64,000 nt of DNA from assembly GCA_000002435.2 (NCBI GenBank), contig CM018792.1. One strand, written 5' to 3'. Position 1 is the stretch's first letter. Every line of letters begins with the position of its first letter. The stretch comes from Giardia intestinalis. Taxonomy: Eukaryota. Both the position numbers and the translations under genes were made by a program. This document shows positions 48,801 to 57,213 of this stretch, one piece after another. Below the pieces are notes generated by a model. It had not been told where the DNA came from. It made no database searches and saw only the letters and a program-made list of their open reading frames with translations.

Positions 48801-51242
48801 AGGGTTGTAAAAACTAGAAAGACTATTGTCAAGAGAACCGTATCTGGCTTTAGAAACCATGATGAAGATAAGGAGTTGGAGTAGCGAGATATGCTTGTGC
48901 CAGATATGTATCTGCTTAGGCCTGTGACAACTGATAAAGAGGGTAGCAACCATTGTAACGTCTTCGCCGTTGCGTGCATATGCCCCGAACGCCATTCTAT
49001 AGACGAGAGAGATACCAATAAGAGTACTAAGTATTTCTAAAAACATTACTGAGGCAATCCGTTCGGATTGACAATCCTTAGTACACGAGGTATCATCGCA
49101 ATGATATGGCATCCTAAACAATGTATCAGCTTGATTTTTAACAATGTCAAAAACTTCATCAGAGGCAAGTATAGGCGGTGGAAGAAGCTCGTCTGCAAAC
49201 TGCCACGAGAAGCAATCAGTCCGAAGAAGAAGTCGCTCATGCATAGTTTTAGCAAAGGACCATGTAGTGGCTGCCGATGAGCTAGCCAAGTATTTAGTAA
49301 GACATGCATGTAGGAGAGAGGAGTACAACGGCAGAGAGGGAAACCGAAGCCCAGACAGTGCATATCCATCTTCAGAAACGCCACTCCACGTCTTCAACCT
49401 ATTAACAAATAGTGGATCCAAGGCCAATCCTGTCGCCTGTGCAGCTATAAAGATGGTTCTATAGTTAGCAGAATACTCATAGGCGTTGTGAACTGCTGCT
49501 AGAAAAATTGCTGGATACGTATACCCTGCGCACCCACGTGCAACCTTCAGTTCGTGATTGTACACATAGGCGCAGAGATTGGTGCGACCATGAAGAGTCT
49601 GGTTAAGTAAGAGTCGGAGAGTAGTGTCCATCAGCTCTATTATATTACCTGAACGGGCCATAAATACCGCGTGGACAGCGCTTAAAGTGGGATGAAACAG
49701 TGCTCGTTCATTATCAACCATTAAGGCCAAGCTTCGTCCAGACAGGTCTGCAGCAGATGCGTGCTCTCCAGAGACCTTTCTGTGTACAAAGGTGAGTTTG
49801 TTACCGACAAGCCTTAGCAACTCTACATACAAGAGAACCGAATCTATGACATCATGGTTCACGGAGTCATAAAAGGTACTGTTCTCCAGAGGAAGAAGAG
49901 CTGCCGAAACCCGAATAGCCCTGGCAAGTTGAGAAACCATATACGTATTGACGGGAAGGTACCTCCCCTCGTGGACCAAGAAGAACAGTTGCTCCAAAAC
50001 TGTCACTCTCTGCGGTGCATCACCGCATGCAGCTTGTAAATATTGCTGAGATAGTGAATCAGTGGAAAATAGACAAAGATAATTAGAAAAGGAATGCAAG
50101 AGCGCCGAGTTTCTCTTTTCTGGACCTCCAAAAATAAGGACAATCCATCTAACAAGAAGGGATTGGACAAGCTGCATATGTGCCAGATCTAGATTAGTAA
50201 AGCGTTTCATAGCTCTGCATCCCAGCTTATATGTCGCTATCAGGTACATCAGGCTTTCGCATGGTTCACGTGTAAGTGTATAGAATAAATCAGAAAAATA
50301 ATCAGATTGAAGGGCCGAGCAAAAGGCATCATCAAACAATAGCGCTCTGCATACTCTCAAATCGCTTGTAGTGAAGACCAGAGGAAGGACAATAAAGGGC
50401 CAGAGCTTGAAAATAAAGCATGGAAAGCTGGTACTATCAGACGCTAGCATAGAGTACAGTGCATGAAGATCAGTGCTAGCGCCAGCACTTGCTGGGCCTA
50501 GTGGCAAGCAACCACTGTGTGTGTATAGGACATAGAACTCTAGGAATGAATAGCCCCTCTTAATAGCTTCATGCAGTTGTCCAACTGAACTAGTACCGTG
50601 ATCAATCAGCTGAAAAAAGCCCTCTAGTGAGCGTACTATCGTGCATACCAATAGTGCATATGTTTTGTTAAGAGCACACTGCGTAACAGGTATTGAAGTC
50701 TGTGGAGATGAGTATTCAAGAAGACCCGGGAGAGTCGGTTTAGTACAACAAACTTGCGCTACAAGTGCGTGGTAAATAGGATATTTCAGTATAAAATTCA
50801 AGACTTCCTGGGCATTGTTCGACAAGTGTGCCTGATAAAGAAGTACTTCAGTTGCAAATACCAGTCTTGTGTAAAGATCGCGGGGGATCCGCGCGTGTAG
50901 AAAGGCCTCTGGATCATCTGGACGTAGGGTCACTGCGTTCATCTGCTCGTGAGCGTGACAGAGTATGCCATTGGCGCAGGAAATGACAGAATAGGGGATT
51001 AAAAACCAGACGTGATCTTCGTGCTGACCCTGCGTAAAGCAATCCAGGCATAATTCTAATTGGTTGTCAGAGTGGCATGTTAGACATACAATTCGTGGTC
51101 CTGGCGGAGCCAAACAAAAGTTGAGATGGGCCAGATCCGGTGGAAGAGCTAGTAAATTTGATTCAATATCATGGCTTACTGAATCAACTACCTTTCTACT
51201 GAAGTTTATCGGTACTGAAATCAAACGATCACGAAGAAACAT
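45855..51242 (-). CDS. Giant protein (1795 aa) with an N-terminal UBR-box-like zinc finger; putative UBR/N-recognin-type E3 ligase
   Basis: Residues about 45-95, RIVCLTCHSDNQLELCLDCFTQGQHEDHVWFLIPYSVISCANGILCH, fit the UBR-box pattern C..C......LC..CF....H..H........G..C. A CCICLE segment around aa 1180 resembles the mid-protein RING of UBR1. The assignment is tentative. Confidence 0.45.
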   Translation of the reverse strand: MFLRDRLISVPINFSRKVVDSVSHDIESNLLALPPDLAHLNFCLAPPGPRIVCLTCHSDNQLELCLDCFTQGQHEDHVWFLIPYSVISCANGILCHAHEQMNAVTLRPDDPEAFLHARIPRDLYTRLVFATEVLLYQAHLSNNAQEVLNFILKYPIYHALVAQVCCTKPTLPGLLEYSSPQTSIPVTQCALNKTYALLVCTIVRSLEGFFQLIDHGTSSVGQLHEAIKRGYSFLEFYVLYTHSGCLPLGPASAGASTDLHALYSMLASDSTSFPCFIFKLWPFIVLPLVFTTSDLRVCRALLFDDAFCSALQSDYFSDLFYTLTREPCESLMYLIATYKLGCRAMKRFTNLDLAHMQLVQSLLVRWIVLIFGGPEKRNSALLHSFSNYLCLFSTDSLSQQYLQAACGDAPQRVTVLEQLFFLVHEGRYLPVNTYMVSQLARAIRVSAALLPLENSTFYDSVNHDVIDSVLLYVELLRLVGNKLTFVHRKVSGEHASAADLSGRSLALMVDNERALFHPTLSAVHAVFMARSGNIIELMDTTLRLLLNQTLHGRTNLCAYVYNHELKVARGCAGYTYPAIFLAAVHNAYEYSANYRTIFIAAQATGLALDPLFVNRLKTWSGVSEDGYALSGLRFPSLPLYSSLLHACLTKYLASSSAATTWSFAKTMHERLLLRTDCFSWQFADELLPPPILASDEVFDIVKNQADTLFRMPYHCDDTSCTKDCQSERIASVMFLEILSTLIGISLVYRMAFGAYARNGEDVTMVATLFISCHRPKQIHIWHKHISLLQLLIFIMVSKARYGSLDNSLSSFYNPVNCCLLGILVSFGLISRGSNNLYIQSSSIFNQSYLPLLTIELDRRRFMTQTAELIPPIVGGELGNAHALHPEPAALFSSLYEGALILLLQLIFVTHNPYLTVGNTYIQSLVAVYVALNRTTSPSSLIVEFSGQFSDTSIILEAVKLVCSPKTHDTDFSAEVRLTTNGWRVLEPLLAPLELDRVHSAFMDSEALRELRILPVLVSLQCNEDLLSCFAGSKYFADLLFACIDLYGAGYLRHCCFLHLLRLLICISKRCITTRFLVPTANIIQMLSYAHGRIASSAGRLLFDPMARTLVEYLEESFRENSIEYSSMLYVQASDSATKFTERVTKRKSPQAIKVKLTRTLRKLMADHHMIHASSSGKKEHQNTGVDAAICCICLESLTINRSLVYKTQLCALSELDVQLLNQLQAVPLQIIRSNFLYIAFRKHACQLGETVSHYPPRVWPELSVFDLNPHTGNTSSHISHHSTGYTYLLDITADSILIPYVEQLAEEEHAGIIISVFTTSSTELFSLLSASCAHIQHVSCMLRNDESEVAESLVCPVCSFPYITGIPLFHDILVQPSIFWSSSNYKMHNFILVELVFPLLIRILHVAHSNHGTKRFFPNTDELKAVLSSDPFLLGMILFLIHFIDCNLQSLLFLPKCQEMCAEPSLPQLFLRVISDVSRIFAVLLYLLQYIWIFDTRIGKRPFVQAVNECLVQLGERAVLSMRIIWEMAVDVSKELQRLGEQAITPNMEDLSQCLTCTLERLTGNLLSIGSIRNYTEATAISYSLILVCLEAAIYEALCPEQSSNARAYSLKRNIQSYLNGGQPMALNTTFSTEACSFQTHVVRIAMKNTTSTISTTIKPTTFNLLCPLALADTAFQRLKLAYFSLGRNKFFLDSTEGRVCIYCGLPISDEREDLFVADKLVEDGLCQCWSNEFFESPFCASRYARLEKESYVLEPYEDGFGFVAPGGGCFMRLNRRRLSIQILSLIYGGLLKDY

Positions 51243-51578
51243 GACACATCAAGGAGGAAGAGCCTGCGCTATAAGATTCTTTTAAATTTAGTGGACCGAA
51301 ATAGAAATTCATACACTGTACTTCTGTATACGACTCACATGATCAGAATGTCTAACTATTTGTTCGCCAGTGAACTCTTTCTCCTTACAGTTTGACGCCA
51401 TTACTTTTTTAATTCGTACTCTCAGTAACCTGTACAAAAAGAAAGAATCGCCTACTGGCACTTTCTGGACAACTGTGCGGTGAGTATTCGCAGTGAATAT
51501 CTATCCTCTTGACATTTTAAATAAATCTTTCAAAAAATTTTAAATTTCACAGCTCTTGTCACAGTACTCTCTCACAGG
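51243..51578. promoter_or_regulatory. 336-bp divergent intergenic region, the largest gap in the core part of the window
   Basis: AT-rich elements lie next to both ATGs (…ttttaaatttcacagctcttgtcacagtactctctcacaggATG on plus, and gatgtgtcATG on the minus side). No ORF or RNA gene recognised. Confidence 0.4.
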
Positions 51579-53696
51579 ATGAGGCACAACGAGGTTTTCC
51601 TGACCCAGCTGGACAACGGCGTAGTCTCAAAAGTTCCCGGCAGTTTTTCCCGTTTTTGGCATGAACTGGTGGATGACTTTCCACCGTTTACTAAGATCGT
51701 AACGGCCAAAGAGTCCAGTTTTTCTTGTAGTGTAATTACCACAAGCCATCGCTTAATCATTACGCAGCTTCTCCAGCCAGGCTTGGCAGCTTCCATTGTT
51801 AATGAAGATAGCCAGGTTCAGTTACCGATTTGCGCGTCTATTCCCTTCTCCCACTTTAGCTCTATCCTTTCAACAGGCGTTAGTACCACTGGGGTGACTG
51901 TCACATTCAATTTTTATTATCCACTGCAGCTTAATCTATTCATCCCCGTCGGCCAGAATCCCCAGGCAATAGTTGATCAAACGGTTAAGCACTGGTGCAT
52001 ACAAGCCCGTGGAGTCTTTCTCCGTCCTATGTCTGTTCCTCTTATTAATGCAGCAAAGGATCTAAAAGGACTTGGACGGTGTGCAGACATACCAACATTT
52101 TGTGATAACCGCCCTACGTTTCTTCGCTCGACTGGCGATGATACACTCAGCACCGCCAATGATCGCTGGACACATTATAGTATATCACGTACAATATTGG
52201 CTATGCAAAAGGGCGGTGATGTATTGCGTGCTAAGTTAGTGCTGGGCCCAGATCAGAACCCTGAGACACTGAAGGAACCCCTCACTGTCCAGAGGTATCT
52301 GAACATTAAGGCACACTACAACGCTGTACTTGATTTAGGTAGTAGCCCTGTCTACGCTGAGGCTTCCATAGATAGCCTCCTAGGTGGTGAGGCAGGTGCT
52401 CTCAAGGAACTTCTTGAATATGAACCTGAAAATGGCCAAGATGGCACCGCAGAGTTTACACGAACTCAGCTCCACATTTGTATCAATAAGAACTACCAGG
52501 TCTGCGAAACATATCCATACCTTCTCTTTCTGCCGAATCAAGCCATCATTAGACCAAACACATTCGTCGATAATCGTTTTCTCTGCGTTGCCGGATTCAT
52601 TGATGGACTTCCCATATTCCGCTCCGGAAACCCTATTCTTGGGATTGGTGCTAATCCCATTGCGGATTTTCTGGACTTCTACATGCCTTCTACGTGCTAT
52701 AAGCGCGCCATTGTTTTTAGTCTAGGACCAACGACCTACTATGACATTCAGAAGCCAGTTAGCACCATGCCACCTAACTCAAATGGTACCTTCATAGATT
52801 ACGCTAATTACTTGCGTGTGTTGCAGACCAAGCTTCCGTTCCTTGAAGAACTGGCCATGGCATTTAATACTATGTGGTCTCTGAACTTGGTACAGCCGAC
52901 GCAATTTTTCTCTAGCGAGCTTCCAGCGAACTGGAATCTTCAGCAAAAGGGGGATACAGATCTCTATAGTGTAGCTGCAGATCTGTTCGACACATTTCAC
53001 ATCAAAACGATTAAGGAGGATAACGATTTCCAGTACACTGTTCGCGTGGAGGAATCTGGCTGGCTGGATTACATAATCTCATTTGTTGCTACAGCAAGGT
53101 TATTGGTTGAACTTCTTCGAGATGACAACAGTCAGAACATGATCATTTTGTCAGGAGACCTGGAGGTGTTCTGGGCTCCTGTAATACTGATCCTTTCTAC
53201 GATAATAGCGAAGAAGCAGTACAGGACTATCAGGGGTCTTTTAGAATTGATGCGTTACTATCTTCCATCTTTTGGCTTGCCACTTGCATCATGTATGAAT
53301 TTCGAGGGCTCTCAAATAGAGGCTAAGGCGCCAGTTCAGGAGCAACACTACAGGCTCATCACGCAACGTGCTGGTCACGTACCAGTTATCCCGCTGCTAA
53401 TAGATTGTATCTCTCTTTTAGTGCATTACTCACGGCCTGCGTTTGGCTTTGGAGAAGGCTTTTTAATGCATCTTTCGGCTATTATTTATTCCAATCTCTA
53501 CGGAGACTTTCTCTTTGATAGTGAAGCTGAGCGCTACTTCCTTGCCATTCCAGAGCTTACTGATTCTCTTTATTCACAGGAGGCCATAGAGCTTCTTTCT
53601 AAAAGGTTTGAAACACCGATTGTTGTCGATTCTCTTGAGCTGAGCTCTTGGCCAACGATCAGCAAGTTCTGGTCACTTGGGCTAGACTTTTCTTGA
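51579..53696 (+). CDS. Hypothetical protein, 705 aa
   Basis: Long ORF from the ATG at 51579. No domain recognised. Confidence 0.75.
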   Translation: MRHNEVFLTQLDNGVVSKVPGSFSRFWHELVDDFPPFTKIVTAKESSFSCSVITTSHRLIITQLLQPGLAASIVNEDSQVQLPICASIPFSHFSSILSTGVSTTGVTVTFNFYYPLQLNLFIPVGQNPQAIVDQTVKHWCIQARGVFLRPMSVPLINAAKDLKGLGRCADIPTFCDNRPTFLRSTGDDTLSTANDRWTHYSISRTILAMQKGGDVLRAKLVLGPDQNPETLKEPLTVQRYLNIKAHYNAVLDLGSSPVYAEASIDSLLGGEAGALKELLEYEPENGQDGTAEFTRTQLHICINKNYQVCETYPYLLFLPNQAIIRPNTFVDNRFLCVAGFIDGLPIFRSGNPILGIGANPIADFLDFYMPSTCYKRAIVFSLGPTTYYDIQKPVSTMPPNSNGTFIDYANYLRVLQTKLPFLEELAMAFNTMWSLNLVQPTQFFSSELPANWNLQQKGDTDLYSVAADLFDTFHIKTIKEDNDFQYTVRVEESGWLDYIISFVATARLLVELLRDDNSQNMIILSGDLEVFWAPVILILSTIIAKKQYRTIRGLLELMRYYLPSFGLPLASCMNFEGSQIEAKAPVQEQHYRLITQRAGHVPVIPLLIDCISLLVHYSRPAFGFGEGFLMHLSAIIYSNLYGDFLFDSEAERYFLAIPELTDSLYSQEAIELLSKRFETPIVVDSLELSSWPTISKFWSLGLDFS

Positions 53697-53803
53697 GTAG
53701 CCACCAGTCCACTTACGCTGCTGCTTGTGTGCTGCCCATATTCTGTAAATGCATGAACTGTTCAAAGAGCCGTTTGTTTACTCACTCGTGGCTACCGTTT
53801 AGG

Positions 53804-54529
53804 TCAAGGCGGGGTGAGGCAGTACTCTCCGCAGTCCGGATCAGTAAAGCACTGGGCACAGTTGGTTGGTGGCAAGGTTCCACAGTTCTCACAGTCGACA
53901 TCTCCGCACTTGAAGACGAACTGCACTCCAGTCGCATCGGGGCATGTGAGGTCAGGGTTGCAGTTGAGATAGAGCTCCATAAGGTAGGGGAGCGTCATAA
54001 GGCCAACAGGGACCGTGCCTGACAGCTGATTGCAGTCTAGGTGGAGCTCCTTGAGAAATTGAAGCTCATTGATGCAGGTGGGGATGGAGCCTGTGAGAGC
54101 GTTGTCACTCATGTACCAGAACATTAGGTGAATGAGGTCGCACATGCACTCGGGAATATCGCCTGTCAGACCGGCACTATTGACCTGCAAGTACTGGAGG
54201 TTCGTCAATTGGCACAGACCCTCTGGGATGGCACCAGCCAATGAGTTGTTGCTCAAGTAAAGGGTCTTGAGGTAAGTAAGGCAGCCGATGTTCTCCGGGA
54301 TGGTACCTGTAAGGCCCATGTCCGAAAGATCCAGGGCGATAACGTAGTTATTCGAGGCCTCACACGTAACACCTGTCCAGGTGCAAATAGAGTCTCCCGA
54401 AAGCCAATTATTGGTCTTCCAATTTGCTCCGTCAGTGGCATCGTAGATTTCGACGAGCACCTCCCTCTGAGTAGCCGGGCAAGTGAGGGCAAGGGCAGAA
54501 CCTGCAAGAGCAAGGAGAGCGAGCATCAT
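53804..54529 (-). CDS. Secreted leucine-rich-repeat protein with plant-type LRRs (LxxLxLxxNxLxGxIP) and a Cys-rich C-terminal cap
   Basis: Signal peptide MMLALLALAGSALA. Repeats such as LTGTIPENIGCLTYLKTLYLSNNSLAGAIPEGLCQLTNLQYLQVNSAGLTGDIPE. Tail CPDATGVQFVFKCGDVDCENCGTLPPTNCAQCFTDPDCGEYC. Confidence 0.8.
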   Translation of the reverse strand: MMLALLALAGSALALTCPATQREVLVEIYDATDGANWKTNNWLSGDSICTWTGVTCEASNNYVIALDLSDMGLTGTIPENIGCLTYLKTLYLSNNSLAGAIPEGLCQLTNLQYLQVNSAGLTGDIPECMCDLIHLMFWYMSDNALTGSIPTCINELQFLKELHLDCNQLSGTVPVGLMTLPYLMELYLNCNPDLTCPDATGVQFVFKCGDVDCENCGTLPPTNCAQCFTDPDCGEYCLTPP

Positions 54530-54567
54530 CCCTGATATTTTATTTCTGTGTTTCTTGATCTGAGAGT

Positions 54568-54616
54568 TGTAAACTGTAGATTGTATACTGTAAATTGTAG
54601 ACTGTAGACTGTTAGC
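54568..54616. repeat. Tandem array of seven heptamers TGTARAY (tgtaaac tgtagat tgtatac tgtaaat tgtagac tgtagac tgttagc)
   Basis: Read directly. It lies in the 148-bp gap between the 3' end of the NEK gene (54678, minus) and the ATG of the LRR gene (54529, minus). Confidence 0.85.
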
Positions 54617-54677
54617 CAGAAAAAATGCAGACAGCCCATGCGTGGCTAGAACAAGAGAATGATTTAGTAAGCCGTTG

Positions 54678-57014
54678 TCATGAAGCGTATTTCATGACAA
54701 AGTCCAATGCCTCTGGAGACCCGAGGTCCTTCGCCACATCGACCCATGTCCTTGAATCGCCAGAAGAGAGAACTACTGTCTTTTGACATTCTACTGGGGA
54801 ATTAGTGAGTATATACTCTGCTGTCGAGTATGCCTTTTGCTCAATTGCCAGCAGAAGAGCGGTATACCCTGCTCCTTTAGAGTGTAAATTGTTTGTTTGG
54901 AGACCCTCTTCTAACGGCAAAAGCAAGCGAACACAGTCAAGAGAATTAGAATGTGCCGCGCACATAAGGGCGGTAGTTCCATCAGCCTTCTGCAGCTTCG
55001 CTTCTCCCGGTGCTAAGAGCTTGCAGATATCTGCATAGCCTTTGTGTGCAGCGCACATCAAGGCGGTCTGGCCCTCAGTCGTCTGCATCTTTATTTCTGC
55101 TGGCTGAAGGCTTCTAACTATATCTAGAAAGCCTTTATTAGCAGCCACCATAAGAGAAGTTTCACCGGTGTCGTCAGCAATCCCAGCCTCGAAAGATACG
55201 AGACTCTCCACAATGTCTGGATAACCAAAGTTGGAAGCTATCTTAAGAGCGGTCCATCCATCCTCGTCAGCAAGCCCGTGCTCGAAATGTATGAGGACAT
55301 CAACAACGTTCTTTCTTTGTGCTTGAGCAGCAATCATAAGCGCAGTTTGGCCATCACGACGAACACACTTTGCTTCATACGGTGCCAACGCTGTAACGGC
55401 AGAAATAAAGCCTCGCCTGGCTACCTGCATCAATGCAGTTTCTCCTTCGAAGATTCTAGGGGCCTTCAGAGCCATCGTCGCTTCCTTTGGAGCAAGCAAG
55501 CGAACAATATCTAACATCTCTTGTTCAGCGGCTACCATAAGGGCTGTGCGGCCGTCCAGTGTTGCACGTCCAGCATGCGTGGGGATGAGCTGCATAATCT
55601 TTTCTATATCCTTGCGTTCTACGGCCAATATCAAGGAGTTGGCCTTGTCTGGGTTGAGTTCGGAGATTGATAGTGTGTTATCGTCGTAGGGGTTCGCTTT
55701 AGAGAGAGCAGACGCGCCTTTATTAGCAGAGCCTGGGGCCTTTGGTGGTGTAGTGCCTTGTATTCCAGTATCTGGGAGAGTTAGCTTTAATGGATTGCTA
55801 GGGGCCATGGGGACGAGTAGGTGATTGTCATCCGGTACTTGTGCCTCTTCAACGTTGTCTGTTCTATCTCGGAGCTTATAAGCTGTTGGGCCATTACTTT
55901 TCGGCTCGCAGTTCGCCGCCAAGAGAGAGGATGGAGTGGCAAGATCCATAATATCCATTAGAACATCTGGAGACATACGGGCCTCGGGCGTATCGCAAAG
56001 GCGTTCTATCGTTTTCATTCTAGAAATGAAAGGGTTGGAGGACGGAGATGGCATAGAGAGAAAGGTCTCTGGAGGGGTTTTATTCATCATGTAGAGCATG
56101 TCTACGACTTGGCGCATCTCAAACAAATCACTCAGAAGAGGCCTGTTAGTCGGGTTGACGTTCAGCATGTAATAGATTGTGCAGCGAAGTATATCTGTAT
56201 AGTCCTGAGGTATTGGACGGCGCTCTGCTGCCACACTCTGCAGGAGCCCGGCAACATCCTTCTTATCCATGTGGGATGGTGCTATGAACAGCGGCTTGAA
56301 GGTACAAAGTTCGTAGAGTAATGCCCCCAAAGACCAGATATCCGATGCTGCGGTATACTCGCCAGTTAGAAACCACTCTGGAGCAGTGTAAATGGCTTGC
56401 TGCGCGTTTTCTTTAATATCTTCTGCAGGGCCATAATGAAACAGTATATAATCGTGGGCAGAAATAGGCTCAACAGACGGCTGACAGATAAATTTGTTGG
56501 GACTGAAGACGGAAAGAAGGTAGTTCCCATCTCTAGTCACAGAGATTGAGGATGGACGAATGTCCATATGAACAGGCGGGCTATCGTTCTTAAGGCGCTG
56601 ATTTTCAACTGGATCATGTATTGACGCCAGTGCATAAAGGAGCTGCGCAAAGATGTACCATATTTTGGCCTCAGATATATGCTCTCCTTGCGCTCGTGCG
56701 CTTGATATGAGATTGAGCAGCGTCTCAGTACTCGGTCTATCGGTAATGACGTATGATGAGGAAGACCCATTGTGACGTTGAACCGAAAAGCACTTAGTAA
56801 TGTATGGATTGGTAACAAATGGAAGATGTCGTATTGAGAGCTCCATGTCGACAAGCTCCATTGTCTTAAGCTTATCGCGCTTGATGCGATATATGTAGAC
56901 GGGGTGGCTATCATGAGCGCGCACGGCCTCATATACGTCAAGTGCATGATATTCTCTCATAAGTCTTCCTAGCAAGTAGCCATGCGGCGTGTACTTCGTG
57001 CATTCTGTGTCCAT
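54678..57014 (-). CDS. NEK-family kinase-like protein with C-terminal ankyrin repeats (likely pseudokinase)
   Basis: Kinase fold motifs SDIWSLGALLYELCTFKPLF and YTAPEW. The catalytic loop reads VHMDIRPSSI where HRDLKPxNI is expected. LSVFSP stands where DFG should be. C-terminal TALM-type ankyrin repeats (GRTALMVAAEQEMLDIVRLLAP, GETALMQVARRGFISAV, GQTALMIAAQAQRKNVV, ...). Confidence 0.85.
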   Translation of the reverse strand: MDTECTKYTPHGYLLGRLMREYHALDVYEAVRAHDSHPVYIYRIKRDKLKTMELVDMELSIRHLPFVTNPYITKCFSVQRHNGSSSSYVITDRPSTETLLNLISSARAQGEHISEAKIWYIFAQLLYALASIHDPVENQRLKNDSPPVHMDIRPSSISVTRDGNYLLSVFSPNKFICQPSVEPISAHDYILFHYGPAEDIKENAQQAIYTAPEWFLTGEYTAASDIWSLGALLYELCTFKPLFIAPSHMDKKDVAGLLQSVAAERRPIPQDYTDILRCTIYYMLNVNPTNRPLLSDLFEMRQVVDMLYMMNKTPPETFLSMPSPSSNPFISRMKTIERLCDTPEARMSPDVLMDIMDLATPSSLLAANCEPKSNGPTAYKLRDRTDNVEEAQVPDDNHLLVPMAPSNPLKLTLPDTGIQGTTPPKAPGSANKGASALSKANPYDDNTLSISELNPDKANSLILAVERKDIEKIMQLIPTHAGRATLDGRTALMVAAEQEMLDIVRLLAPKEATMALKAPRIFEGETALMQVARRGFISAVTALAPYEAKCVRRDGQTALMIAAQAQRKNVVDVLIHFEHGLADEDGWTALKIASNFGYPDIVESLVSFEAGIADDTGETSLMVAANKGFLDIVRSLQPAEIKMQTTEGQTALMCAAHKGYADICKLLAPGEAKLQKADGTTALMCAAHSNSLDCVRLLLPLEEGLQTNNLHSKGAGYTALLLAIEQKAYSTAEYILTNSPVECQKTVVLSSGDSRTWVDVAKDLGSPEALDFVMKYAS

Positions 57015-57213
57015 TTTGTTTCTTTTCAGTTTTTCCCAGACGTTTCCCTTTATGATCGGCTCATCTAGTGAAGGTTTAACGATTAAATGACTCCCAGCAC
57101 ATGCTCATATACCAGCTCACTACCCTGCCTCAACTGCATCCGTTGCGTATTAGGTTTCCATCAGTAAGGCAAAAATTTATCTATAAAATTCCAGTCTCAT
57201 TCCTGGAACATCA
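57015..57213. promoter_or_regulatory. 199-bp divergent intergenic region with AT-rich initiators for both flanking genes
   Basis: gaaaagaaacaaaATG on the minus side and aaaaatttatctataaaatt...caATG on the plus side. Confidence 0.4.
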
